From the NCBI RefSeq assembly GCF_000315625.1, contig NW_005434672.1, positions 1,116,336 through 1,180,335 of the forward strand: a DNA stretch of 64,000 nt, given 5' to 3'. The DNA is from Guillardia theta CCMP2712. Lineage: Eukaryota; Protista; Cryptophyta. The position numbers and the translations under genes are program-made. Positions 12,956 to 25,100 of this stretch are shown here, one piece after another. Position 1 is the stretch's first letter. Each line of letters opens with the position of its first letter. The notes under the pieces are model-generated. The model ran no database searches. It saw only the letters and a program-made list of their open reading frames with translations, and was not told where the DNA came from.

Positions 12956-13912
12956 TCTGTGTTCTTTCTTCTGCTTCTTTGAAAACAGAAAAATCTCTTT
13001 GATCTCCATGATCTTCTCACCCTACATCGCTGTCTTATCATCTCATGTGTTTACGCTTTGCGACCATATCGCGAAGTCAATGGACCCCCTCGTCCCCCCG
13101 CTTGCATTTTGCTGAGTTCAACGCTTTGGTCGCGTGACTGATGAAGTTGCCACTGCCCGGGACCCCGCCCGCCGGGCGGGGCCGTACAGCCCCCGGGCCG
13201 GGCCCGTTCCGACTCGGCCCGAGTGACAGCAGCCCCCGGCGGCGGCGGTGAGCGCTAGGGCCCGGGCCGGGTGTTCGTGTAACTGTCATCGACCTTGTAG
13301 ATGTTATCGAGCAGCGCCGCGGTGTCCGCCTTGACGCACACGCCAGGGGGCAACTTCAATGTGACTGCCAGAGGCGCGCGGCGCGGGGGCCGCCGGGGCC
13401 GCCGGGGGCTCCCGCGCCGCGGGCGGCATGCCGCCCCCGTGACTGTTGAGTACAGGCCCCGGCGGAGGGGCTTCCTAAATTGGCAGCCTGGCAGGGGCTA
13501 CCGGTGACCACAACAAGTTTCAAGTTTAGCATCGCCCAGCATCAGTGCTCCAAACGGTGCCAGTGGCTTTCCGAACCCCTGAAACCGATGATGCAAGAGA
13601 CTCAGACGAAGGACCACCACAAAGACTCCCCATCGAAGTGAAATCCGGCTGCCCGTGACGTATCTGATCATGCGCGAGATATCAAGTTTAACCGAGCTGG
13701 TCAAGATACTGGACAAGACGTTCCTCGAGGCCGAAAACTCGCAGGGGCAGCACGACTCGAGGTGCAGTACATCGGCGGGACCACCCTCCGGATGCTCCCG
13801 CCGCCACCCGGCGATCCAGCCCCTGCCGATCCCCCAGCCGCCCGGCCAACCCCGCCCCCGCCGCAAATCGCCAGAACATCGCCTCGCTCGACAAGGACAC
13901 CATCCGGCTGGG

Positions 13913-13970
13913 CAAGTACCTCCTCGTCAAGCACCTCCTCGTCAAGTACCTCCTCGTCAAGTACCTCCTC
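13913..13970. repeat. 15-bp tandem repeat CAAG(T/C)ACCTCCTCGT, about 4 copies
   Basis: Directly visible inside the GC-rich island. Confidence 0.9.
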
Positions 13971-14109
13971 ATCCACCGCTTCCTCAACTCTACCCAGGGG
14001 CCCGACCCTCTCGACGCCGACAACGTGACCCGCTGCAACCAGTTGCAGGCAAGGCGCAAGGCTGCTGCAGCAGATGCGGGTCTCGTAGTGTACTTATTCG
14101 GAGTTACAC

Positions 14110-14484
14110 TTAGAACTTTGGGTTGGAGCTGTAGTAGCCGGCGAGCTGCAGGGCGATGAAGACGTCGTCCTTCATGCCCCCCACCTTCCCGCTCAGCGCG
14201 AGCTGGTCCTTGTTGAAGACCGTCACCGCGCCCTTGACCTGGTAGGAGTAGGTCTCCAGCTGCTCCCGGAGCCTGCGCTTCATCCCGCGGGGTTCACGGC
14301 TCACAAAGTCCTCCCACAGGTGGACGCGCCGGTCCCGCAGCATCGCGTTGAGCATCGTGCACATGGCGTGCTTGATCTCCAGCGTCGTCACCACGCCGTA
14401 CCGCTGCGCCCGGTGGTCGACGCGGAAGCGGACGTTGCGCAGGCCGTTGAAGTGCTGATGGTGGTACTCCGCCTCGAAGCCCCA
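14110..14484 (-). pseudogene. Truncated viral DNA-packaging terminase large subunit, C-terminal RNase H-like nuclease domain (herpesvirus UL15/mirusvirus-like)
   Basis: Translation GFEAEYHH...RYGVVTTLEIKHAM...LREQLETYSYQ...LSGKVGGMKDDVFIALQLAGYY* resembles the herpesviral terminase C-terminus (YSGK...DDLMVAVIMAIYL in HSV UL15). Intronless with very high GC3. The ATPase half is absent and there is no ATG. Confidence 0.75.
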
Positions 14485-15897
14485 GGAAACGATCAAAACC
14501 AGCCAGGCTTATGATTTCACGATCAGTGTCGATCACGATGAGAAGAGCGGCAAGTAAGTTTGCCTTCTCTACCCATAAAATGTAAGCCCTGCGATCTTGC
14601 TCGTCATTTTCAAGGTGACCATGAACGGGTTGAAATGGGGGCAGTGGCACTGCAACAGTGAAAATACCATGACTCGTTGTGGCGTGTGACAATAGATCAG
14701 ACCAGGGGATAGATCTTTACGGCAGGCTTCAACACGACGGCAGTTTTGGTGATCAACTTCACTGTATATCATGAGGATGTTGTAGGTGAATTGCCACATG
14801 ACCAATGGTGCGATCAAGAATCAGATTCAATAAAGCGAGCCTCCGGATCTAGAGTCACGGTATCCAGGAGGTCATTGAAGATGAAATCAATAGCCTTGAA
14901 TGGCGGATTCGTGTGAGCCGCGCAAGTTGAATCCACAGCTTGAACAGCTGCTGTCACATACAACATGTCAGTGATACAGCATTGTTTTCAGGACGTTGTC
15001 TGATTGCGTGATCCAGTTTGTGAATCATTCGCCTCTAGTTGGATGGCACGGCGCTGACCACAAACCTCAAGGCAGGAAATCTGGGGAATGACACGCTCAA
15101 CTGTCAACCACCCCTCCTTCCCCCCATATTGGAGTACCCACCGGTATCCTCTTCGCCGCGTGGGATCACTCATGGCACCTCAGCCGCTGGGAATACGGGG
15201 AATAACGGAGTACCCTACCCCCTCCCTTCAGGGCCCGTCAACGAGCAGGTAACCGGTGGACTCTCAGCCTCCGAATAATGCCGCGTCGCGAACTGAGACC
15301 TCGGTGTCCTCACCCGAAAGGACCCCCCACCCCCCAATCTCTCATCTTCATTCCCACACCCGTGGCCTCTTTTTGCTCGGGTCAGATTTCAGCTAGGAAC
15401 CTCGGCGGGTGACCCTCACACCCCCTCATTCCCCTTGAAACAAGGACTACCGGTGGGCAGAGCGACTCCTTGGCAGTTTCCCCATTCAAGCCCCTCAGCA
15501 ACACTCGCAATGCCGGCAATGGCAGCGATGAGCGAAGTCGATGAGGCTGACGTTGCTCGCCGAGAGACCGCGGTCCAACTCACATTAGTGCGATGCCTGT
15601 ACGACCGTAGATGAGTCACAATGTGGATAGGCATGACCCTCAACACATCAATGATGAACTATGTCAGTGTTAGGGTAGCAAGCATGCACCAGAAGGTTCA
15701 ATGCAGACGGTCAATTGCATACTACACCAGATCATACCCATCAAACATGTTCATCACAATTCAAAGCTATACGAGTCCAACATATTTGTCAAATGATTCT
15801 TGACCCCCCAAAAAGATGTTTGTTCTTTCATTTTGCTTGTAAATCTCTGGGTAATCTTTGAACCTTCATTGGCAGGACCAGAGGAAAGCAAGAAGCC

Positions 15898-16524
15898 ATG
15901 CAAGTTCAACAGAACACGTCCGTCACTGTGCAGATCAAGCAGCAAGATGGCTGCTGCGGCATTGTAGGAAACATCCTGTTTTTGTTCTTCGGAGGAGGAC
16001 TTTTCTGTGCTCTCTTCTACTTCTTGTTTGGTCTTGGCCTCTGTGCCTCCGTGGTTGGCATTCCGTTTGGGATCGCAACTTTCAAGATGGGCCTGATGGC
16101 CTTGTGGCCTTTCGGCGAGAAACTTGGAGGCTCGATGGTATGCAGATGCGAGACCAGCGGAGTTGGGCTGACCCACCTCATTCTCAACCTTATGTGGCTT
16201 TGCAGCGGGATAGGAATCATGGTGAGCATGATGCATTTCTTCTTCGGCATCATCAACGCCATGACGATTTGCGGGATTCCTTGCGCTTTGGCTCATTTCA
16301 AGCTTGCTCTCCGGGCTCTATGGCCATTCAACTTCGACACCATGACTGAGATAACCGTTAACACAAGCACTACGACGACAATGACGCCTATGCCACAGTA
16401 CCCGCAAATGCCCATGCAACAACAAGGCTTTCAGCCGAGTTATCCTCAGGCTCAGGTGGCACAGCCTTATCCGCAGCCAGCGTACCCTCAAGCTCAACCA
16501 GTCACAGTGTCGCGGCAAGGCTGA
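15898..16524 (+). CDS. YccF-domain membrane protein (two YccF repeats) with Pro/Gln-rich tail
   Basis: GNILFLFFGG...SVVGIPFGIATFKMGLMALWPFG and LNLMWL..G...TICGIPCALAHFKLALRALWPF match the YccF signature. Intronless. Confidence 0.88.
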   Translation: MQVQQNTSVTVQIKQQDGCCGIVGNILFLFFGGGLFCALFYFLFGLGLCASVVGIPFGIATFKMGLMALWPFGEKLGGSMVCRCETSGVGLTHLILNLMWLCSGIGIMVSMMHFFFGIINAMTICGIPCALAHFKLALRALWPFNFDTMTEITVNTSTTTTMTPMPQYPQMPMQQQGFQPSYPQAQVAQPYPQPAYPQAQPVTVSRQG

Positions 16525-17126
16525 GTCCGCCGGCGCTTGGGGCACGTCCGATATGTACCAGCATCATGTACGAGGCGGCCTCCGAGCTCCTGTCAAGTTC
16601 GGGCTGCTATGCAGATCATAATAGCGGCATAGCTGTAACACGAGTCAGTCTTTTGTTTTGCCAGGCTAGCTATAATTGAAGTATAAGTTAAATCGTATCG
16701 GTGGCAGCCGGGGCGCGAGTGCCAGTGGCAACTTTCAGCACTGACCCGTCCGCACACCTTGATCCCTGTCAAGGGTTTCAATATCATCCGATGATCCGCC
16801 GCACAGCACCTGTGCCGCGCTGTCAAGACTCCGACCCATGATCATCGGATGAAGGTTCGGCCGGACTCCGGGATTCAACCGTAACTCGGAACGAATATCC
16901 GATCGATTCAACTTTCACGAACGAATATCGCCGAACGAATATCGTCACCTTGCCTACTAGCTAGCTACCGTACCTGATATCAAATTCAAAGAGAAGGAGG
17001 GGGCACATCTATTACCCCACCCATGAAAGAACTAAGTTAATCAGTACAGACCAGGGGTAATTGGAATACCTCCACCCCCCTGGATATAGACTGGAACCTC
17101 CGGATGGCGGGAATGGAGTGAGAGAG

Positions 17127-20100
17127 ATGGCGGTGCGAGTGCTGGCGACTTTCAGTGGGGAGGAGGAGGAGGATGGGGAGTCGACTCTGCTCACGACGTT
17201 CAAGGGAACGAAGACTGTAGAGACGAGCTTCCTTCGAAGGCCAGATCAGAGCTTCACCTTCACCTTCGATCGAGTCTTCCCACGAGGAAAACCAGATGAG
17301 CTGATCGCTTCTTGCGTTGATGAAGCATGGTACCAGCTATCGGCTGGGCAGAGCTGCTGTATCATGTGTTATGGACAGAAGGGGAGTGGGAAATTTTCGA
17401 GCCTGATAGGAAGTCAAGGGAAGCCAGGAATATTATTGAGCTTAGTGGGAAACATGTTGGCGAATTCCAGGGAGGTCGCAACATTGACCGCCTTCGACAT
17501 CTACAAAGAGACGATCAGAGATCTGCTGAAACCTGGAAACCAATCAGCAGGATCGTCCAGCCTGAAGCTACGTGACAGTGCGTCTGCGGTTGTTGTTGAT
17601 GGCAGCGTTGAGTTGGCAGTCAAGTCAATCGAAGACCTTGAGGAGAACTTGTCAGCTTTCCAGGCATGCAGGGGCCACTGTGTGATAACCGTCCGACGAC
17701 CCTCGGGTTGCAAGCTGTTCATCGTCAAGCTGGTTGATAGCGATGCTGGTAGCACGTTGAAACAGGCGGGAGCCGAAGCGAACGAGACTCGGAAATGGGC
17801 GCTCAAGTCCTTTACAGCTCTTGCCAACTGCTTGAAGGTATGGACTTGTCATGCTCGACAATCATGTGATGGTGGGACGCGCAGGGCGCAGCTGAGAGGT
17901 CGAAAATCATCCCCGTGCGGGAGAGCACGCTTACACGCATGCTTCGGGAGTGTTTCAACAGCGCATTCATCACGTTTGTGGGTCATTGCCGGCAGGGCGA
18001 ATCTACTCAGGTGAAGTATCAGCGATATGATGACGGCAATGATGATGATGCGATGATGATTTTTGTGTTCATATCCACGATGATGTTGTGGTTATTGTTT
18101 ATATTTGTGATCGAGATGATGGATATGATGACAACACCACGATCACAACAATGAGGTGCTAATTGCAAGTGTCATGATATGTATGACAATTTATATTATG
18201 ACAACGATCATTTGTGTCGTTTCAAGGTAACAAGAATGGCGCAGGATGAAGCGATGAATACTCTCCGCTTTGCCCACAGGATTTACACTGCAAGACCCCA
18301 AGGTATGAACGGTCAAGTTGTCAAACCTGCAGCGGGAAAGACAGAAAAGCCAGCAAAGCCAGCTGCGGAGGAAAGCGAAATCGAGCCGCGAGCGAGCTTG
18401 ACTACTGTTCCTCCGCCTCCCGCACCTGCTTCTAAGGAGGCGCAGGTCAACCGAGAGCTTGGCAACGACGGTGCGGAAGAAAGAAAAACCTCGGCAGAGG
18501 AGCAAGAGGGTCTCAAGGAGCTGGCGCGAGCATGGGAGTATGCGTACCAGCTCGAGAACCTGATCGTGTGGATGGCGGAAGTGTTTCAAGTCGGAGCTTA
18601 CGATCCTTCGAAGCTCGAGGCCATGCTCGACTCTAGCTGCAAGAAGTTCAACGGAGTCGGGTCGGGAGAGAACAGTAAGGACGCGTCGGCTATGATCCGA
18701 GACGTTCTTGCTAGTAGCAGCGAGGAGGTCCTGAAGCTTCCGGGGGGGCGAGACAAGATGGTCAACTTCAGGAGGAACTCGGTGTCCAGCCCATGGACAG
18801 GAGAGCTGCACCAGATTCTACTGAAGCACGGGGTTGTCTCGCGGCTTGAGAGCATAGAGCACGAGAGAATGTTCAAGTCGGACTGGAGAGGAGAAGGACG
18901 TGCGGAGGAGGGGAGAGAGGTCGACACGCTGTCCCTTTCCTCCAAACCAGTCCGAGGGCATGAGATATCGAAGCTGCAGAGCTACGAACCCCCTCGGGTC
19001 GTCTCTGAGGACGCCAAGTTCCTGCACCTGGACAGCAGGATCCTCGAGCTCGAGCAGAACGTAATCGGAGGAGCGGGGAATAGCCTGGATCTTCTAGATG
19101 CCCATATTGAGTCGTTGAGGAAGGACGTGGAAGACTCGTTGGACCACATCGACGACGAGCTGTTCGCCAACCTGCTCAGCCGCGTCTCCTACCTCAAGAT
19201 GCGGAGGGAGTGGGCGCGGGAGAACGACAAGGGCCTTGACCTGGACGGCAGCTCGCACATGTTCCAACCCCTCCCCAAGATCCCCGAAGTGCAGAAGAGC
19301 AACGGGAACATCCTCCAGGACATTCAGAACATCCGCTCGAGGGTCGAGTCGAGCGCTGCAGACAGGTTCCTTCGCTACCTCTCTCCTCTCCTCTCCTTTC
19401 TCCTCCTCCCTTTCCTACTCTGATCTTCGTTTCTCCCCCTCTCCTCTCCTCCTTCCTTCCTCCATCTCACGCACTTCCTCCCTGCAGAAGCACACCGCTG
19501 GGGAAGGCTGCTGAACATGCTGGAGAGTCAAGAAAGAGGAGGGCGGAGAACGCGCATGTGCGATGGTCGGAGCAGAACGAGGTGATGGAGTTTCAGGTGA
19601 CAACTCCGGACAAGTCGCAGGACGAGAGCGAGGAGGTCGAGCTGCCCCCGAGCTGGAGCAGCGCGAGCGAGGAGGAGCTCTGTGCTGAGAAGCTGCTGGA
19701 CCTCCTGAGGGCCTCGTTGGAGACGCACGAGCGGCGGCACCAGAGCAAAGTCTATGACAAGTGCTTCAGTGGGAGCCAGGTGTGGAGACGTGTGGGGAGG
19801 AAGAGGAGGAGGAGAAGGAGGAGGTGGAGGGAAGCGAAGGGGGAAGAGGAGGGAGAGGAGTGGTAGGGGTGCTTTAGGGGAGGAGGAAGGGGTGCTGAAT
19901 GGGAGGAGGTTGTGCTGGTGGTCTAACTTTTCTTCGTCCTCTTCGCTCTTGTTTCTCCTCCTTCACCTTTCCCTCCATCCTTTTGCTCCTCGCATTCTCA
20001 ACCTGCAGCTGGTGGACTGGCTGGTGGAGACTATGGATCAGGACAACCTGAGCTACGTGACCAAAGTTTGGAGCTGCAGCATCCCCTCCCTCCTGCCTAA

Positions 20101-22110
20101 CAGCAAGATATCCCGCGATCAAGCATGCATCATCGCTCAGGGCCTTATGAATGCGCAGGAACGACTTGCTCCTTTGCTCCTTGTCCTAACCTCTGCTCCC
20201 ACCGTCTCTTTTTCTTTCTTGCTTTTCCTCCTCTTCATCTACCTCCCACCTTCTTCCTCCCTCCCTGGCCTTTGCCTCCTTCTCCTTCTTTACCCGCTTC
20301 TCTCCGACGTGTTTCTGGCTCATCACCTGCTCGTGAAGCCCTTGCGCCTACCTGTCTTCCTCCTCCTCATCTCACTTGTCCTCTCCTCAGGTCTTCGCAC
20401 ATCTTGGGTCTGCCGCAGACTTCAGCGACGACGACACGCTCTACCGCTTCCTGGATGGAGAGGAACAGGCTCTCGTCCTTAACCGCCAGATCCTCTGGGC
20501 CGGAAACGCAAGGAGTGCGTGCTCCGTCTCGCAGGCATGAGACACCTCTCCTCCTCTCTCCTTTCCTCCGCTCCTCCCTCCTGCCTTGCTCCCTCCTGCC
20601 TTGCTCCCTGCTCCCTGCTCCCTCCCTCACATGCAGTAGGAGCTTCTTCGGCAGGCGATCCTCCTGGCTCACGGCGATGGGCCGCGAGACTTTGCGACTG
20701 TGCAGGAGTTTCAGCAGCGAACCTGCGAGCTGCAGATGGTGAACTTGATCCAGGTCAGGAAGGAGGGAGCGGGAACGAGGATAGTGCAGAGAGCAAATGA
20801 GAAGGAGATTGGGAGTAGGGGAGAGAGGGAGAACTGAGGGAGGCGGGAAGAGCAGAGCAGAGGAGGGTTGGGGAGTGGGGTGCGGGCAATGGGAGTAGAA
20901 GTGGGACAGAAGGGAGTGGGATGCAGGAGGGAGGGACAAAGAGGAATGTAGGAAGTGGGAGAGATGGAGAAAGAGGAACGAAGGAAGGGGGAGGGAGGGA
21001 GAGGAACGAAGGAAGGGGGAGGAAGGAAGAGGGAGAGTGGGATGGAGAGGGACGAAGGGAGGTAGAGGAAGAGAGGGAGGGAAGGAGCTGACTCGCGCGC
21101 AGCTTCCCGTGGAGGAGCTGAGATGCTTCTTCATCAACATCTTTAACGTGCTCGTCCTACACGCCAAGATCACCTCCAAGTATCCCTCCAACGACAGTCA
21201 CGTCGTTCCTCGATGCTCCTTCTTCCGCAACACCTCCTACCAGGTCTGAACCTCCTTCTCCTTCTGCCTGCCCTCTCCCTTCCACTCTGTCCCATCTCGA
21301 CTCGGCCCCTCCCTTATGATTCTTCTCCGATAACTCAACTCCACAACTGCTCTCCTCCCGTCCCCCAATCCAAATCTCACTCACTCACTCTCCCTCCCTC
21401 TCCCCTCCCACTCCCTCTCCTCCTCCCCCTCTCTCTCCTCTTCTCTCCTCCTCTCCCTCTCCCTCCTCCCCTCAGGTCGGCAAGTACTTCTACTCTCTGG
21501 ACGACATCTGCCGCGGCATCCTCCGAGCCAAGAAGTGTCTTTTCCTCGAGTGCGACCCTCGCGTCCACTTCGCCCTCTCCTACGGCACTTCCGCTACTCC
21601 TCCCGCCCGCGTGTTCACGCCGGAGAGCCTCGACAGGTCCCCAGCTGCTCCTCCACCTGCCCCTCTCTCCTCCAGCCTTCTGAGCCCTCCCACGACAGGC
21701 AGCTGGAGACGGCGACGAAGAAGTTCTGCACGGAGAGAGTGAAGGTAGACGTCAGTCAGGGAGAAATCACCTTGCCCGTCGTCTTTGACTGGTGAGGGGG
21801 AGGGGAGGAGGAGAGAGGAGAGAGGAGGGAGATGAGAGGGGGAAGCGGGGAGGAGGATAGTGGGCGATGGGAGCGGGAAAGGACGGGAAGGGAGTGAGTA
21901 GAAGAGAAGGACGTGACGGCTGGCAGGTATCGGAAAGACTTCAGCAACAATCCTTCGGGGCTACTAAGCTGGGTGAGAGCTGGAGTTGCGCGTGCTCTCG
22001 AGCTGCCATCTGACTGGGTGCTGCAGGTGGCGAGCAGGCTTCCTCCCTCGCTCTCCCACCAGATCGCCCAGCTGGCTCAGAGGAAGGATGTCAAGATTGC
22101 GTTTGAATGA
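17127..22110 (+). CDS. Multi-exon fusion: degenerate kinesin motor-like domain, coiled region, DEP domain, DUF547
   Basis: Kinesin-like motifs FTFDRVF, CYGQKGSGKF, FDIYKETIRDLL, PVRESTLTRML, EAMNTLRFA. DEP motifs YDKCFSGSQLVDWL, SRDQACIIAQGL, FSDDDTLYRF. DUF547 motifs FFINIFNVLVLHA, SLDDICRGILR, DPRVHFAL, ITLPVVFDWYRKDF. Confidence 0.75.
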
Positions 22111-25100
22111 AATTTATTGTTTGAGCATGGTGAGGTTACAGTGAGAGCAGGAGAAGAAACACACTTTACAGGCGAACGAGCAAAAAATCAGAGCATGGAG
22201 GAGGCGAGGGGGCAAGGCAAAACTGGCGCGTTAGGGTAGGACGGGGAGGAAGGAGAGTGGGAGAGGAGGAGGAGCCTGTCAGCTGGATGTTACACCTGCT
22301 GCTATGTCGATGTTCACTTCCTCTAACGCCTTCCCCTTCCCCTCAACAACCCAGAATGTCCTCATATCCTGCATGTCCTGTCAGTATCAGCCCTCCTCCT
22401 CCTCGTCCTCGTCCTCCTACCTCCTCCTCCTCCTCTACCACCTCCTTTTCCACCTGTTCTTCCCTAGCGCGCCAGGTTTGCCTTGCCTTTCTCCCTTCCC
22501 TCCCTCCCTCCCTCCTATCGCGCTTCCCTCTCCCTCCCCCGTTCCCATCTGATCCCCTGCTCCTCCTTCCCCTCCTTTTAGCACTCACCCCTTTGCCCTT
22601 GACTTCGATCACCCCCCTCTCCACCAGCTCAACCACCCCCCCGACGTCCTGAGCCCTCAGCAGCTCCGCAGCTGCTTCTGAGCACTGGATAGACCCTGGG
22701 CGAGAGCTGGACTCCATCCTGGAGGCTGTGTTCACCGTGTCTCCGAACAGACAGTAGCGCGGGTTCCTCGCTCCTACCACGCTGGCAACGACTGGGCCGG
22801 AGTGAAAGCCGACGCGGAGGTTGAGGAAGCCCCTGCTCGCGTCCTCCCGGTCGATGGGGATGCGGTGAGCGAGCTCGATGGCCTTGAGGGAGAAGGAGGC
22901 GATGCGGAGGGTGTGGTCCGAGCTCTGATCCTCCACTAGGTTCGTCACCGCCATGTACGCGTCCCCGACGGTTTCCACCTGTGCAAGGGGTGAGTGAGAG
23001 GAGAGAGGAGAGGAGAGAAGAAAGAGAGTTGTAGGACGAGGAGATGGGAAGAACAAGAGAAAGCAAGTGAGAAGGGCTGGATGAGAAAGAGAAGAGGAGG
23101 AGGACGACGAAGGGGTAGGAGGAGGAGGAGGAGGAGGACGAAGGGGTAGGAGGAGGAGAGCAAGGAGGAGGAGATGCATACCTTGAAGACCCCATATTCT
23201 TTGGAAAGCTCATCGAAGGACATGTAGAGGTTGTGAAGCATCTCAGATACTTTCTGAGGGTCGAGGGAGGAGCTGATGGTGGTGAAGCCGACGATGTCAG
23301 AGAAGAAGATCGTCACGCTCTCCTTCCTCTCAGGCTCCACCCTCTTCCCGGCCTTCAGCGCGTCCGCCACGTGCCTGGGGAAGACCTCGTACAAGATCCT
23401 AGTCGCGTCCGCCTCCTCCGCTCCCGCCTTCTTGACAGGCAGCAGGAGGTCTGCGGCTTTGGAGTCCATGGCCTGCAGTCGTCGATCGATCTCGCTGATG
23501 GAGGGCCGGCTCTCGGGGATCTTGTTCCAGCAGTTCCTCATCAGCACCGCCATCTGTGACGGGCAGTCGGCAGGTATCTCCGGCCTCTTCTCCTCCTCTC
23601 TCTCCAGATCCGCCACTTGCCGCAGCACCTGCCTGACGTCCTCGTTGAGGAACGGGTCCTGCCTGCTGTAAACCTCCGCCAGGAGGATGCCGAGCGCGTA
23701 CACGTCGCTGGCGAGGGAGTTGCTGCCTCCTCGCAGCAGCTCCGGGGCCATCCACAAGGGTGTGCCGCATGGACCCGATTTCTTGGTGCTCAACCCGAAG
23801 TCCGCGATCTTGGCTCGGAAGCGAGAGTCGACCAGCACGTTGTGAGACTGAAGGAGGGAGAGCAAGCTGTTACAGTCGGCAGCGAGGAGGGGAGGGAGAG
23901 GGAGGAGAGAGTGGAGAGGGCGGGAAGGAAGCAGGGGCGATGGAGTAGGAGCAGCAGGAGGGGAGGGGAAGCGCGGCAGAGAAGGACGAGGAGATAGAGT
24001 ACCTTGATGTCCCCGTGTATGATGGGAGGGTTCGCAGCGTGGAGGAAGTGTATCCCTTGTGTCACGTCGCAGAGCATGGGGAGGATGAGGTCTCCCTGGA
24101 GCTCGACCGTCTCGTTCCTCAAGAGCTCGTACAGGGACCCGTTCTCCATGAGCTCCATCACCAGCAACGGCTCCTTCTTGTCCTTCACCGCTCCGATCAC
24201 CGTCGTGATGCAAGGGTGTCGCAGGCGCGAGATGACCCTCATCTCTTTGATGAAGTTGTTGTACATCCTGCTGCGGGACGCCGTCCGGGTCGTGCCCGAG
24301 AACAAGAAAGAAAGGAACGACGTCGTACGACTGCCGCTCCCCTGATTCCTCCTGTCTCCCCTGAGCACGTCCAGGCTATCCGAGTTGCTACCACTTCGCA
24401 TTTGGATGTTCTTGTCGCCCCGGATGCTCACCTCCACGTCACTGCCCCCGCTGCCGTTCCTTGCTGGGGCCTGCCTTCCCTGACTGTCATTGAGCCGACG
24501 GGGGCCTCTACCGCTGAAATCAACGTCAGGCACAGAGCTCGCGCTCGTCTCGCCGTTGGTCCCCTCTCGCTGATCAGAGCCCCGACCCAGCGAGCCGCTC
24601 TTCGTTCCCGAGTGGCTCCTCAGCACGCCGTTCTGCGTCGACCCGCTCCCTTGCACCCTGATCGCCTCCAACACCGCGGGGTCCTGCATGGAGAACATCC
24701 CGGTGGAGACCGAGGCTTTCTTGGCCGTCTGTGACGAAGGGAGCACTCGTTTCACCGCCACGTAAGAGCCGCGGAAAGAGGCTCGGATGACAACGCCGTA
24801 GCTCCCCTTGCCGAGCACAAGAGGAGGGCTGTCGAAGACGAGCTCGTCCTTCCTGATCGTCCAGAAGGCATCCGAGTGTGTCATCTTGTACGTCGCGAAC
24901 GCAGACATGGCGATCAAGACTACCACTCCAGCGCACAGCACGCCGATCATCCATGGCTGCAAGACGCTGTCTTGCACGCAGTCAGCGTCGGGGTGCTGCC
25001 TGGTGCGGTGTTTGCCAGCAGGACAGGGAGCGCATTTGTCGAGGGTATTTGACAAGAGGAAAGTGAGCTTGCAAGATAGGTTCTTGATGGTCGGGACGGC

